DNA from: Escherichia phage vB_EcoM_Lutter
Sequence record: NC_054924.1
Length of the DNA: 64,000 nucleotides
Direction: 5' to 3' (one strand)
A program made the translations under genes and the position numbers. The notes under the pieces were generated by a model, which was given only the letters and a program-made list of their open reading frames with translations, was not told the DNA's origin and searched no databases. The first letter of the stretch is position 1; every line of letters begins with the position of its first letter. Below, piece after piece: positions 1 through 10,155 of the stretch.

Positions 1-11
1 AATTTTCCTTA

Positions 12-2189
12 TTAGGCCGCAAGGGCCTTCATAGTTTTAGCGATTTGGGAAACTTCATCATCACTTAAAGAGTTGCGATAACCAATGAAGTCGGAAACAA
101 TACGGAATTTCTTGGTAAACTCAGCAACCATTTTATCACTATTTTTTGAAGCATTACGTGATAATTCATCAAAGAGATTAGTTACTGTCCAGATATCATG
201 ACCGATGGTATCTTTTCCACCATTGAAATACACACCGCGTAATGAACTAACCATATTACCAAGTCGTGTATATTCTTCAGAAACTTCATCTGTACTGAAG
301 TACTTCATCATAAAATCTAGTTCAGGATACTTGATAATTTTATCAATATATCGTTGAGCTGAACTTGAATAACCTACATACTTATCATAATCTACATCAT
401 CAAAAGCATCTACATATAAATCACGCAAAGCTTCAAAAATACATTGGCACTGACCGAGTTCTTTTACCTTTTTCTGTAAAAGCGGACGAATAACATAAAA
501 TTCATTAATGCCAATAAGATTAGCCATACGAATCAAAATATTCATAGATGGATGACAAAGAGATGTAGTACCATCCATAGAGAAAATATCAGAACGATGC
601 ATATACGCTACATAACCAGTAATTTCATCTGCTTCTGATGTGAGCGTAAATAATTCCTCTTTTTCCCAGCGCCCATCTTTAATTTCAAATTTAAATGCTG
701 TAGCAGCTTTAGGACGAGGAGCTTTACTTTTAACTACCTTTGGAATATAGCTTTTAACTAAAGCTTCGATTTCTGACAAATAATGAATGTTAACTTCATC
801 ACTTTCAAACATCGCCATAATATCAGGAAGTAAATCAATCTGCGATTCTACTTCTGGATTAATAAACAGAAGACGCTCGTTGTGATGAATATTTAAAGTG
901 TTATTAAATTCACTATCATCTAACGCATGTGCTAATCCACGAACAATATTAACACGATTTTTAATATTATCAATAACGATATTAATTTTTGTTGTATTAA
1001 TACCAAACAGACGATAACTTGATGCAACGGCTGAAGTTTCATGACTTTGCTTAATGCGCTTCAGTCGAGGGTCAAGATTTACTTCATACACAACTCCTGC
1101 ATTGCATAACTTACTGTCAGGTTCAAACATACTCTGCATCTTCTTATATGACAGATTTTTAGTCGTGAATTTGACTGAATTACTAATCATATAATCTCGA
1201 GCAGAATACCCCATCTTCATCAATTCACGATATGTGTGACGAGGAGATGTAGATTCTTTAAATCGTTTTACATCTTCATTAAATGCTTTCTCACTGAGTT
1301 CTTTAACTCGTTCAATGATATTTTTACGAGTGCGATCATCCAGTGAAAGAGCCTCGCGAGATGGAGCAATATCAAGTGAACCCATTGGAAATTTAATGTA
1401 ATTCACTTCATTGCGAATGCTTAGCCAGTTACGGTCTCTAATAACACCATCGATAGGATAAACAATACCGCCATAGATAGCATATAATCCACCACGATCA
1501 GGCCAGTATCTTTCTGGATTTACACCGTAATAGTCATCAAAATCCGGAAAATAATCAATTTCGCGGTCAAGACCATTAATGATAGCCAAATCTTTGAATG
1601 GTCGCATGATATAAGAAACTTCATAAGCAAAGTTTCTAAAGTCTTTTTCTTCAACTGGAACTACGATTTCAATACCAGTTTTATCATTTGGACCCATTTC
1701 TTTTACGAATGTAGGTTTAATTTGTGGACCATCGCCATCCATGTAAGCTACATAACCACGAATTTCGCCTTTATGATATGAAGTAATACTAAATGTATCA
1801 GTATAACTAAACGGAGATTTAGAACCTAAACCAAATCCGCCAATGAAATCGTTAGATTCAGCCTTAGATGAACTAAAGTATGAATTATACAACCCAGGAG
1901 AATTATCATCACCTTGAATATCAAAATCGCTCATACCCGGACCAAAATCTCGACAAACAAATCGTGGATCTAAACGTCCAGGAACTTGTATGATAAATTT
2001 TTCAGGATTTCCATTGAGAGCATGGGCATCAATCATGTTGGTAATCAATTCACGGACTACTGCGCGAATTTTGTTTGTATACAAATCAGATGACAGAATT
2101 TTAAATACTTTAGGAGATGCTGTGATGCTAAATGCTTTTGATTTAGAACCATTACCAAGAATTGTTTCTTTTTCAGTGGTGATAATCAT
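12..2189 (-). CDS. rIIA: rIIA protein (membrane-associated, GHKL-type ATPase-like N-terminus)
   Basis: 725-aa ORF; length and position at the start of a T4-like early region; followed by topoisomerase gene 39 as in T-even phages. Confidence 0.9.
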   Translation of the reverse strand: MIITTEKETILGNGSKSKAFSITASPKVFKILSSDLYTNKIRAVVRELITNMIDAHALNGNPEKFIIQVPGRLDPRFVCRDFGPGMSDFDIQGDDNSPGLYNSYFSSSKAESNDFIGGFGLGSKSPFSYTDTFSITSYHKGEIRGYVAYMDGDGPQIKPTFVKEMGPNDKTGIEIVVPVEEKDFRNFAYEVSYIMRPFKDLAIINGLDREIDYFPDFDDYYGVNPERYWPDRGGLYAIYGGIVYPIDGVIRDRNWLSIRNEVNYIKFPMGSLDIAPSREALSLDDRTRKNIIERVKELSEKAFNEDVKRFKESTSPRHTYRELMKMGYSARDYMISNSVKFTTKNLSYKKMQSMFEPDSKLCNAGVVYEVNLDPRLKRIKQSHETSAVASSYRLFGINTTKINIVIDNIKNRVNIVRGLAHALDDSEFNNTLNIHHNERLLFINPEVESQIDLLPDIMAMFESDEVNIHYLSEIEALVKSYIPKVVKSKAPRPKAATAFKFEIKDGRWEKEELFTLTSEADEITGYVAYMHRSDIFSMDGTTSLCHPSMNILIRMANLIGINEFYVIRPLLQKKVKELGQCQCIFEALRDLYVDAFDDVDYDKYVGYSSSAQRYIDKIIKYPELDFMMKYFSTDEVSEEYTRLGNMVSSLRGVYFNGGKDTIGHDIWTVTNLFDELSRNASKNSDKMVAEFTKKFRIVSDFIGYRNSLSDDEVSQIAKTMKALAA

Positions 2190-2199
2190 AATTTCCTCA

Positions 2200-2403
2200 T
2201 TAATTCATATTACGCTTAATAACTTCAGCAACTTCTAGTAGTTCATCTTTAGTTGCAGTGTCGGATTGAATTTTATCTCTAATATCCTTAAAGCGGTTTT
2301 TAAATTCTTCGGCTTCTCCCATATCGAAAAAGCGTTGAATGATTCTATATTCTCGATGAACTGCTTTATCAAAAAGTTCTAAATTTACTTTATATGATTT
2401 CAT
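2200..2403 (-). CDS. hypothetical protein (rIIA.1 position)
   Basis: 67-aa ORF directly upstream of rIIA with an early promoter just upstream. Confidence 0.55.
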   Translation of the reverse strand: MKSYKVNLELFDKAVHREYRIIQRFFDMGEAEEFKNRFKDIRDKIQSDTATKDELLEVAEVIKRNMN

Positions 2404-2426
2404 TTCAATATCCTCATTTGCCCAAT

Positions 2427-2458
2427 TAATTATACCACATCCTTGTGGTAAAGTAAAC
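2427..2458 (-). promoter_or_regulatory. T4-type early promoter (GTTTAC -35, 17-bp spacer, GTATAAT -10)
   Basis: Minus-strand GTTTAC and GTATAAT with 17-bp spacing; ACCACA/TGTGGT inverted repeat in the spacer. Confidence 0.6.
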
Positions 2459-4278
2459 TACTGACTCATCCATTCTTTGCGAAGGTCAGCATTATCTCCC
2501 ATGAGCATTTCAAAAAGCTCTTTCCAGTTCTCAGGAAGTTTAACAACATCATATACTGGATTTTGAATCATTTCACGATATTCAGATTTTTCCAAAGAGC
2601 CAAGTCCTTTAATATAACGGATGCTATGTTTAGGTAGAGCATCTTTGGCACTCTCATATTCAGCGACTGTATAAAACCATTCTTGTTTTTTACCGACCTG
2701 AGCGATGATTACAGGAGTTTTGACGAAGCGAATTCTTCCTTGTTCAAACAGTTCTGGCCAATTACTAAAAAATCCGAGCAGAGAAGGATAAATGCTTCCT
2801 AGACCATCGTGGTCAGCATCGGTCATAATAGCAATATTATGATAATTCAAGTTTTCAGCCTTTTCACCAAGAACTAATCCAGTGATTGCGCAAATGTCAA
2901 ACAGTTCTTTGTTTTTAAGCATATCGGCATATGACATACCCCAACTGTTGAGAACTTTACCACGCAATGGATAACCACCATGAAGTTCTTTATCACGAAC
3001 ATCAATAAGATATCCGATAGCAGAATCACCCTCAGTCAAGAAAAGAGTAGTGTCAGCGTCTTTACCACAAAGATTCGCTTTAATATGTTTATGAACCTTA
3101 GCTTTAGAAGCCTTTTTAGCTGCTTTAGTTTCTGCTGCTTTTTCTGCCGCCAATTTACGAGCCAAGGCAGCTTCAATAATTGGCATCAGAATTGCTTCAT
3201 TATTTAGAATAGCGCGTGAAATCTTTTTAGCGTCAAGTTGAATATGACTACGAATTTCGCCAAATGGAGAAGTCAAACGCTCTTTAGTTTGAGAATCAAA
3301 TCGCATGTTTTTCATATCACGAACAAACATAACGATAGTCAAACATTCTTTAACACGCGCTTTAGTTACATCAATTTTGAACTTACGTTTGATTTGTGGA
3401 ATAAGGTCTTCACAAATATCATCCATAACACAGTCAATGTGATGGCCACCATTCTTAGTATGAATGTTATTGACGTATGTTAATTGACGAAAACCATCCG
3501 GTGAACGACCAACCGCAATAGAACAATTTTCTTGTTCTTGAACAATAGCATGCTCATCATATTGGCGTGCATATTTCTTAAAATTACCCTGAACCTTTTT
3601 ACCATTAAAGGTAAATTGAATATCAGGATAAACTACTGCAAGTGTCTGGAGGCGATCTAATGTAATGTCAAGATAAACTTGAGATAGCTCATTAGTTTCA
3701 AATGACATAAAATCAGGAATGAAAGTAACACGTGTTCCTTTCCATTTTCCAGGAATAGTTTCCCATGATTTATTTTCCATGCCATTTGAACAACGAACTA
3801 CAATATTATTTTGACCGTCGCCAGTTTCACCGACAAACATCACAGAAAAAATGTTTGTCAAACTAGAACCAACACCGTTCATACCGCCAGTGACGCGTTC
3901 TTTATCATCACCGAAGTTACCACCTGCTTTTGGAATAGTCCATGCAGCAACAGGACCAGGAATTTCTTCACCTGTAGGTGTTTTAACCATCGCCTGTGGA
4001 ATACCACGACCGTTATCTTCAACTGTTACTTGATTGTTTTTAATAGTAACATTAATTTTATTTGCGAATTTAAACTTAGTACGAATACCTTCATCTACTG
4101 AGTTATCGATAATTTCATCAATAAGCTTAACAAGACCAGGTACATACTGAACACTTTCCCATTTACCAAACAGAAAGCGCTCATGCATTTCATTAGCAGA
4201 AGAGCCAATATACATGCCGCTACGCTTTTTGATATGTTCAATATCGCTCAGAATTTTAATTTCATTCTTAATCATCAC
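2458..4278 (-). CDS. 39: DNA topoisomerase II large subunit, uninterrupted (gene 39 and gene 60 parts in one frame)
   Basis: 606-aa GyrB-like ATPase; the segment IAIMTDADHDG-LGSIYPSLLGFF is contiguous, so no bypass element or mobA insertion. Confidence 0.9.
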   Translation of the reverse strand: MMIKNEIKILSDIEHIKKRSGMYIGSSANEMHERFLFGKWESVQYVPGLVKLIDEIIDNSVDEGIRTKFKFANKINVTIKNNQVTVEDNGRGIPQAMVKTPTGEEIPGPVAAWTIPKAGGNFGDDKERVTGGMNGVGSSLTNIFSVMFVGETGDGQNNIVVRCSNGMENKSWETIPGKWKGTRVTFIPDFMSFETNELSQVYLDITLDRLQTLAVVYPDIQFTFNGKKVQGNFKKYARQYDEHAIVQEQENCSIAVGRSPDGFRQLTYVNNIHTKNGGHHIDCVMDDICEDLIPQIKRKFKIDVTKARVKECLTIVMFVRDMKNMRFDSQTKERLTSPFGEIRSHIQLDAKKISRAILNNEAILMPIIEAALARKLAAEKAAETKAAKKASKAKVHKHIKANLCGKDADTTLFLTEGDSAIGYLIDVRDKELHGGYPLRGKVLNSWGMSYADMLKNKELFDICAITGLVLGEKAENLNYHNIAIMTDADHDGLGSIYPSLLGFFSNWPELFEQGRIRFVKTPVIIAQVGKKQEWFYTVAEYESAKDALPKHSIRYIKGLGSLEKSEYREMIQNPVYDVVKLPENWKELFEMLMGDNADLRKEWMSQ

Positions 4279-4303
4279 TTATCCTCGTTTGGTTTCGGGA
4301 ATA

Positions 4304-4330
4304 TTATACTCCAATAATCATAAAGCTAAA
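4304..4330 (-). promoter_or_regulatory. Middle-type promoter candidate (MotA-box-like TTTAGCTTTA, N12, TATAAT)
   Basis: Minus-strand TTTAGCTTTA then 12 nt then TATAAT, immediately after a UUCG hairpin; the same module recurs at 37243..37280. Confidence 0.4.
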
Positions 4331-4345
4331 GGCCCGAAGGCCTTT
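4328..4345 (-). terminator. UUCG-tetraloop stem-loop (terminator or RNA stability element)
   Basis: Inverted repeat AAAGGCC-CGAA-GGCCTTT on plus strand, giving a UUCG loop in minus-strand RNA; follows an ORF stop. Confidence 0.5.
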
Positions 4346-4614
4346 TATTTAAAACGAATAGTCGAATCCTTGAAGAATAGACCAGAACATACTGTTCCTT
4401 CTACTTTCTGCCCAGTAGGTCCAATAGCACGAAATCCAGTATGCTGGAAATCATTTTCAGAGCAACCAAACCAATTGTATCCAGTGATTTCAATATTAGT
4501 AAAACCACTTGAAGACAAAACTTTGGTTGCATTATCAGCATCAGTACATCCTACTAAAGACACTGCTAATACTAATGCTGCAATAGAACGATTAATATAT
4601 TTCATAATTTTCAC
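4345..4614 (-). CDS. predicted lipoprotein (39.1 position)
   Basis: 89-aa ORF with signal peptide and lipobox LVGC. Confidence 0.5.
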   Translation of the reverse strand: MKIMKYINRSIAALVLAVSLVGCTDADNATKVLSSSGFTNIEITGYNWFGCSENDFQHTGFRAIGPTGQKVEGTVCSGLFFKDSTIRFK

Positions 4615-4988
4615 TTAAATTTAATGGCTTGAAGAAGACTAATAATTCTCAAGCGACTTCTTTCATCTTTAACTGTAAAGGAAAGGGGGTCACCAGATTT
4701 CATAGTGATAGTGCATCCAAAATCAAAATTTTCGGGAACTTCTTCGAAGAAGTCAAATTCTTCAGCATAAATTAGAACATTACTCTGCATACTGTGAAGA
4801 ATTTTTCCGTCATTTCCAGATGCTGTACTAATCATCGTAACATTATGACCTTTCATATCTTCAACGATAAATTCGCTTGTAGATATTACAGCATTAATAG
4901 AACCATTCCTATAAATAGCAGACATTAGATATTTCTTTTCTTCGCCTTCGCGAATACGATACTTCTTACCGATTTTAAACATAATCAC
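4611..4988 (-). CDS. hypothetical protein (39.2 position)
   Basis: 125-aa ORF, start/stop overlap with neighbours. Confidence 0.5.
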   Translation of the reverse strand: MIMFKIGKKYRIREGEEKKYLMSAIYRNGSINAVISTSEFIVEDMKGHNVTMISTASGNDGKILHSMQSNVLIYAEEFDFFEEVPENFDFGCTITMKSGDPLSFTVKDERSRLRIISLLQAIKFK

Positions 4989-5161
4989 CCTTTAAGTAAG
5001 TCGTAAAATCCACCATTCACATGCTTAGGAGCGGAAACTAACCGAATAGCAATCCGATGACAATCAGGACATACATCAGTATCCCTTTCAGAAATTTTCT
5101 TGATTTTTTCGTATTCTTTTGCGCAGTCTTTGGATTGACATTTATAATCATAAAGAGGCAT
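4985..5161 (-). CDS. small zinc-ribbon protein (CxxC...CxxC), 58 aa
   Basis: ORF below the track cutoff found by reading the minus strand: MPLYDYKCQSKDCAKEYEKIKKISERDTDVCPDCHRIA...; fills an otherwise empty gap. Confidence 0.35.
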   Translation of the reverse strand: MPLYDYKCQSKDCAKEYEKIKKISERDTDVCPDCHRIAIRLVSAPKHVNGGFYDLLKG

Positions 5162-5163
5162 AA

Positions 5164-5583
5164 TTATTCCTTAAAGTGAGCTTTCAACATCTGATACAAG
5201 GACCACGCCTGTTCATTATTTTCAATAGTAACTTTCATTACCGGGAATTCTGTGAAATCTTCTATTTGTTCTTGCTCTTCCTGCTCTTGCTCTTCAGCTG
5301 CCTGATATGGATTTTCCACTTCATCAAAGAACCCAGCTTCGTTAGTAGAGAGCCAGATAAAGTTTTCGTCAAGGATATCACCACCGGCACAACGTTTGAG
5401 TACACCTATGGATGTCATAATTTTAGTAGGACGCCCAAGATAATCAGCATCTAAAATTTTAAAAGGTTCCATACCTAAACGCCGCGCATAGATTCCGTTA
5501 TCAGTATGGTCTTTAATAAAATTTTCTTGAGCTTGTTTATTTTTAAATTGATACCATTTATTAACTTCAAATTTAATAGCCAT
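5164..5583 (-). CDS. hypothetical acidic protein (goF/comC-alpha position)
   Basis: 139-aa ORF; name inferred from size and synteny only. Confidence 0.45.
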   Translation of the reverse strand: MAIKFEVNKWYQFKNKQAQENFIKDHTDNGIYARRLGMEPFKILDADYLGRPTKIMTSIGVLKRCAGGDILDENFIWLSTNEAGFFDEVENPYQAAEEQEQEEQEQIEDFTEFPVMKVTIENNEQAWSLYQMLKAHFKE

Positions 5584-5798
5584 TAATAAATTTCCTTCCA
5601 GTAAGTTGTGCCGTCTTCAGTAATTTCACGAAATACACCGTAAATTGGTTGTTTATCACCGACTTTCTCATACACATAAACAGAAGTCAAGTGAGTAAAC
5701 TTGCTAGTATGTTCCTTTTGAACTACTACCAAATTTGGATCAAATAATACATCTTCAAATTCATCATTAGTGCAATTCTGAACAATTTTACGTTTCAT
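5583..5798 (-). CDS. hypothetical protein (cef position)
   Basis: 71-aa ORF; name inferred from size and synteny only. Confidence 0.45.
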   Translation of the reverse strand: MKRKIVQNCTNDEFEDVLFDPNLVVVQKEHTSKFTHLTSVYVYEKVGDKQPIYGVFREITEDGTTYWKEIY

Positions 5799-5970
5799 TA
5801 CAATTTCCTCATTAATTAAACATTGGAGCGATGCGTTTCAGAAGAGTATCAGCACCTTTAGCGAATTTCCATTTTATTCTCCAAGTTGTTTTCTGTATCA
5901 GTAGTTGATATTGATATAGTACCATAATCAACTACTGATGTATATAGTTTTATGAAAAAAATTTTAAACT

Positions 5971-6462
5971 TTATGCATAGCGAGCTTTGCTGTAGTGTTT
6001 AATCCAACTTTCAGGAATGACTTTGTATGTTCCTAAAAATACTGCGTTGTATAACTTAACGCCATCTTCTACCCATTGATCAGTAATGTATGCACACATA
6101 GCGCGAGTACGGTTAACAACACCTTCCTCACCTTCAGTAAATTCAAACTCATAAGGAGCAACGAACTTGATAGCTTGACCGAGTTTCCACTTAAAGTCTA
6201 CACCTACATGCGAAGTATCAATCGTTTCAATTCCTTTAGCGGGAACAGCTTTCAAAAACGCAGATTCAAGAAATTTCGCGCGAACATAACCAAACTGAGG
6301 TTTAGACTTTCCATCTTTAGGAATGATACGAACTTTTACTTCAGAATCTTCATCTTTAACACCGTGTTTAAGCTGAATGCTTACAATTTCGACCAATTTT
6401 CCTGCTGCTTTAGAGCGGGATTTATCAGATACACGAGCTAATTCACCAATATTAATAATCAT
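5971..6462 (-). CDS. motB: MotB-like protein
   Basis: 163-aa ORF at the motB position; shares a C-terminal motif (W.TDQW.EDGV.L.N.V) with the next ORF. Confidence 0.5.
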   Translation of the reverse strand: MIINIGELARVSDKSRSKAAGKLVEIVSIQLKHGVKDEDSEVKVRIIPKDGKSKPQFGYVRAKFLESAFLKAVPAKGIETIDTSHVGVDFKWKLGQAIKFVAPYEFEFTEGEEGVVNRTRAMCAYITDQWVEDGVKLYNAVFLGTYKVIPESWIKHYSKARYA

Positions 6463-6504
6463 AGTTATCTCTCACTTGTTAAAAAGATTTTATACTCCAC
6501 GGGA

Positions 6505-6538
6505 CCATTATACTCTGGTCCCAAGAGTTTGTAAACTA
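6505..6538 (-). promoter_or_regulatory. T4-type early promoter with -10 inside an inverted repeat
   Basis: GTTTAC, 17 nt, GTATAAT on minus strand; GGGACCA/TGGTCCC inverted repeat flanks the -10. Confidence 0.55.
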
Positions 6539-7081
6539 TTAATTCAAAATAGCTACCACTGCACTACGAGGTACTACGCTAAAATCACCTGCATGAACAA
6601 CGTTCAGAAGTTCAACACCATCTTCAATCCATTGGTCTGTTACCCAACCACAGACCGAAATAAATGGGGTCTTAATAGCTACCGCATGAGTCAAAAGGTC
6701 AGTAGGATCAACTTCTTTGAAGAGGATAAGCTCTGCTTCAAAGACTATAGTTTTAATTACTTCATCATTATCTAAACGGTGTACTCGAATCACGTAAGCT
6801 TTATTCTTATCATACCAGTTACTTTTTGAAAAGCTTTTAACCACAAACTCGCCTTCACCAAAAGCATTGACTAATGCTTTATAACCCAAATTTAGTTCAG
6901 TAGTTTTAATTTCAGTTTCAACCAGTTTGTAGGTTTTGCCAATTTCGATGGTCCGAGCAGTCATAAATGTTTCCTTAATTTCTAATGGTTTAACAAGAGT
7001 GCCGTACATGCTTGCTATATCCATGTCAAACGGTTTAGCTACCGGATTTGGTATGTATTCAGGATTATAATTAAATTTCAT
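6539..7081 (-). CDS. MotB paralog (motB.1 position)
   Basis: 180-aa ORF; C-terminal motif shared with the 5971..6462 product. Confidence 0.5.
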   Translation of the reverse strand: MKFNYNPEYIPNPVAKPFDMDIASMYGTLVKPLEIKETFMTARTIEIGKTYKLVETEIKTTELNLGYKALVNAFGEGEFVVKSFSKSNWYDKNKAYVIRVHRLDNDEVIKTIVFEAELILFKEVDPTDLLTHAVAIKTPFISVCGWVTDQWIEDGVELLNVVHAGDFSVVPRSAVVAILN

Positions 7082-7083
7082 AA

Positions 7084-7587
7084 TTATCTCATTTCAATAA
7101 AATCTACGAGTTCAGCATGCGATTTGCGGAACATTACTTGGTGCCCACCAATGATAACTTCATCTTCAGGAACTTCGTATACAGCAAGATAAAATCCTTT
7201 AGAAGATAATTCTTCACGCTCTTCTCGTGTGAACCATCTCATCATATCATATTCACTAGCGAAAGCAAAATGATAAAGAGCTATAAACCATCCAGGAATA
7301 TAATGATCTACGCCTACATATTCTTCTTTCTCAAAGTTAGTATTAATTGCTATATTAGCATTTTTAACTAATAATTTGTCTTCGCGTGGAAGAGGAATTC
7401 TTTTGTTATCATTACTATGATGCATAAAATTAGGTCTATCATAACCTACGTGTAATAACCATTCTTCGCTCCATGAATCTATTATACTCCTGTATGGCGT
7501 TATTTGAACACAAAGATTTCGACGTATTGTTATAGCATCTTCACAATTAAGAATACTAAAAGATGATTCAACACGATAAATTTTCAT
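7084..7587 (-). CDS. hypothetical protein (motB.2 position)
   Basis: Start placed at the internal ATG 7587 (MKIYRVESSF) with GAGGA SD, because the early promoter at 7612..7646 lies inside the longer track ORF. Confidence 0.5.
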   Translation of the reverse strand: MKIYRVESSFSILNCEDAITIRRNLCVQITPYRSIIDSWSEEWLLHVGYDRPNFMHHSNDNKRIPLPREDKLLVKNANIAINTNFEKEEYVGVDHYIPGWFIALYHFAFASEYDMMRWFTREEREELSSKGFYLAVYEVPEDEVIIGGHQVMFRKSHAELVDFIEMR

Positions 7588-7611
7588 TTTATTATCCTCA
7601 GTAGCTATGGT

Positions 7612-7646
7612 GTTATAATACCACAACTAACCGAGGAAGTAAACAA
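7612..7646 (-). promoter_or_regulatory. T4-type early promoter
   Basis: GTTTAC, 17-nt spacer, GTATTAT on minus strand. Confidence 0.5.
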
Positions 7647-7650
7647 CTTT

Positions 7651-8334
7651 TTATCGTTTTGTTGGAAGAGACAGAGGATCGCACTCTTCCTCTGACGGAG
7701 CATCTTCAAGACCCATAGCATATCGCAAAGCATACTTCATCATCAGGATGTCTTTCGCACAGTCATGAATAGAATTATGCGCAACAAATCCATCTAAAGT
7801 TCCCTTTGGAAGGGGACACGTTGTCATATCACGAACAAGTAGAAGTGCTTCAATTCTGGTACGAATATCACGCTGATTCCAAAATTTACAAGGTTCTAAC
7901 TTAAATGTATCAAGCTCATTCTCGGAAACACCATTAAGACGTTGAATATCGCGAATGAGATCGACTAAAATTGGAAAATCAAACGACATTCCACGGCACC
8001 AGCCCTGAGATTTCCAAGGATCGATGTTATGTGCATTGATGTAATCATTAAATTTTGCAATACCATCGATAGTGCTTACATCTTCATCTGATGGCGCAAT
8101 ATTTTTTCGAGCTTCGGGAGACTGATTTTTCCACCATTCAATAGTGCTTTTAGTAAAAAGACGATGTCCTTTTTGGCTTTTTAAATCAAACTTGATTTTA
8201 ATGCCACGTGAAACTAATTCATCAAATGTTTCAACTACTTCCGGATTAGGGTCAAAGGCAATAACAGCCAAATCAATAACAGCTGCCTTTTCACCGCTTC
8301 CCATTGTTTCAAAATCTATAATAAAATCAAACAT
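7651..8334 (-). CDS. dexA: exonuclease A (DnaQ-like 3'-5' exonuclease)
   Basis: 227-aa ORF with DnaQ-like exo motifs (FDFETMG start, H..D near C-terminus); T4 DexA length and position. Confidence 0.85.
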   Translation of the reverse strand: MFDFIIDFETMGSGEKAAVIDLAVIAFDPNPEVVETFDELVSRGIKIKFDLKSQKGHRLFTKSTIEWWKNQSPEARKNIAPSDEDVSTIDGIAKFNDYINAHNIDPWKSQGWCRGMSFDFPILVDLIRDIQRLNGVSENELDTFKLEPCKFWNQRDIRTRIEALLLVRDMTTCPLPKGTLDGFVAHNSIHDCAKDILMMKYALRYAMGLEDAPSEEECDPLSLPTKR

Positions 8335-8576
8335 TAAATTTTCCTCGCTAAATCGCGAATTTGACCTACAGTATAGTCTTGAATATAAACTTTATTAATG
8401 GGCTCATCAATAAATTTTGCCATAGATTCAATATCTTTTTGTATCTCTTCAAGACTGTATACTATCTTTAAAGCTTTTTCGCGAATAGTAACATTATCAG
8501 GTCCTGGATTTTCCTCAATGACAGCTTTGACATTTGTCATAAGAGATTTAAACTGATGCAAACTTAATTCAATCAT
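8334..8576 (-). CDS. hypothetical protein (dexA.1 position)
   Basis: Start placed at internal ATG 8576 to avoid a 41-nt overlap; small helical protein. Confidence 0.4.
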   Translation of the reverse strand: MIELSLHQFKSLMTNVKAVIEENPGPDNVTIREKALKIVYSLEEIQKDIESMAKFIDEPINKVYIQDYTVGQIRDLARKI

Positions 8577-8829
8577 TAATAATCGCCTTATAAAGATGGC
8601 TAATTTCACCTAAAATGTAATCACTGATTGTAACAGTTTTTACTTCACCACAAAAGAATTCTAACGCAATCAAATCTCGTTCAATTTCTTCCAATTGAAG
8701 CATTAACTTGCCTGATTCAATTTTTACATTTCTGCGATTTTTACTATAAGCTATTTCATATATTTCGCTCACTTTATCTTGAAGTAGATAAAACTGGTCT
8801 TTAGTTATTTCCACGAATAGCTTCCTCAA
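8569..8829 (-). CDS. hypothetical protein (dexA.2 position)
   Basis: 86-aa ORF. Confidence 0.4.
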   Translation of the reverse strand: MRKLFVEITKDQFYLLQDKVSEIYEIAYSKNRRNVKIESGKLMLQLEEIERDLIALEFFCGEVKTVTISDYILGEISHLYKAIIND

Positions 8830-8835
8830 ATTTAA

Positions 8836-10155
8836 TCATACGTAAAACACATCATAACGACCACGAGTGACACCAACATAAAGAAGCTGCTGAGCTAATT
8901 CAGCATCTGCATAATGAATACAAGGCGTATAGATGAAAGCACGGTCTACAGACATACCCTGAGCTTTATGGAATGTTGACGCAGGAAGTGCTTTCACTTT
9001 ACTAAACTGTGATTTAGCATCCCAAAAATCACTCCACGGAGCTTTTCCACCTTTATTCCAATTTTTGTAAGTTTCTGCCGTTTTACCTAAAAATAAGTTA
9101 AACTTATACAGCTCTTCATCAGATGAAATTATTTTAATCTTTTCACGATAATATTCATCATCGCCGTAAGTTTCTACTGTTAAATCCCAATGACGAATTA
9201 GATATTCTCCAGAAACACCACGAGCTTTAACAAAGGTTGATGTATACTCTGCTTCTATAATACGAACTAATTGTCCGTTATTAAAAATAATTTCTGACAC
9301 AGGCTTTCCATCAATTTTATATGTTTTAATTAATGGTTCCTGCATTACAATAATTTCACCGACAATAAAATCTTTATCAGTTTCAAAAATCTTTTTGCGA
9401 ATAATGCTATTTAACTTGTCAACAGATTTATTCGTAAATGCCATTACGCGATTTTCAAACAAATCATCTAGTGATTTTACGATTGAAAAATAATTTACCA
9501 TAAAATCGCGTAAAGCGGTATCACCAGTAAATCCACGTACTCCATGCCCGTCAACAACTTTATCATAAATCCACTTACCGTTACGAACGTCAGTAGCTAC
9601 ATCAATAATAGGAGCATTACTGCGTTTAACTTCAGTGAGTTCACACTGATAAAAATCTTTGTGTGTAAAGAATGGACTGATATAAGCAGTATTTTCTCCT
9701 GGGTCAACAGGTCTAATTTGCTTATTATCACCTATTCCAATTATAGTACACCAAGGTGGAATGGTTGAAAGCAGAATTTTAAATAGCTTTCTATCATACA
9801 TTGACACTTCGTCGCAGATTAATACCCTGCATTTAGCTAAATCTGGTACTTCCTTCTGTTCAAAAAGAACATTTTCTTCATATGTTACCGGGTTAATTTT
9901 AAGAATACTATGAATAGTACTTGCTTCTTTCCCAGATAGTTTTGAAAGAATCTTTTTAGCTGCATGAGTAGGAGCTGCTAAAATAATACCAGTTTCACCT
10001 GTAGATATTAGGGCTTCAATAATGAACTTAGTAAGAGTAGTCTTACCAGTACCAGCAGGTCCATTAATAGTTACATGATGTTTCTTTTCTTTGATAGCCC
10101 TCATAACGATGTTAAAGGCATTTTTCTGGCCTTCGGTCAAATCATCAAATGTCAT
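8836..10155 (-). CDS. dda: Dda DNA helicase (SF1)
   Basis: 439-aa ORF with Walker A GPAGTGKTT; length and position match T4 Dda. Confidence 0.9.
   Translation of the reverse strand: MTFDDLTEGQKNAFNIVMRAIKEKKHHVTINGPAGTGKTTLTKFIIEALISTGETGIILAAPTHAAKKILSKLSGKEASTIHSILKINPVTYEENVLFEQKEVPDLAKCRVLICDEVSMYDRKLFKILLSTIPPWCTIIGIGDNKQIRPVDPGENTAYISPFFTHKDFYQCELTEVKRSNAPIIDVATDVRNGKWIYDKVVDGHGVRGFTGDTALRDFMVNYFSIVKSLDDLFENRVMAFTNKSVDKLNSIIRKKIFETDKDFIVGEIIVMQEPLIKTYKIDGKPVSEIIFNNGQLVRIIEAEYTSTFVKARGVSGEYLIRHWDLTVETYGDDEYYREKIKIISSDEELYKFNLFLGKTAETYKNWNKGGKAPWSDFWDAKSQFSKVKALPASTFHKAQGMSVDRAFIYTPCIHYADAELAQQLLYVGVTRGRYDVFYV

Noticed and set aside
1990-2238. Plus-strand 82-aa ORF antisense to the 5' end of rIIA
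   Set aside because: Lies entirely within or overlapping confidently called minus-strand genes, with no SD or promoter; typical antisense ORF in AT-rich sequence
2458-2990. Looked for a gene-60-style 50-nt translational bypass element
   Set aside because: The gene 39 frame is uninterrupted across the region corresponding to the T4 bypass site
2980-4618. Several plus-strand ORFs of 60 to 134 aa antisense to gene 39
   Set aside because: All are inside the 606-aa topoisomerase frame on the opposite strand, have low-complexity composition and no translation signals
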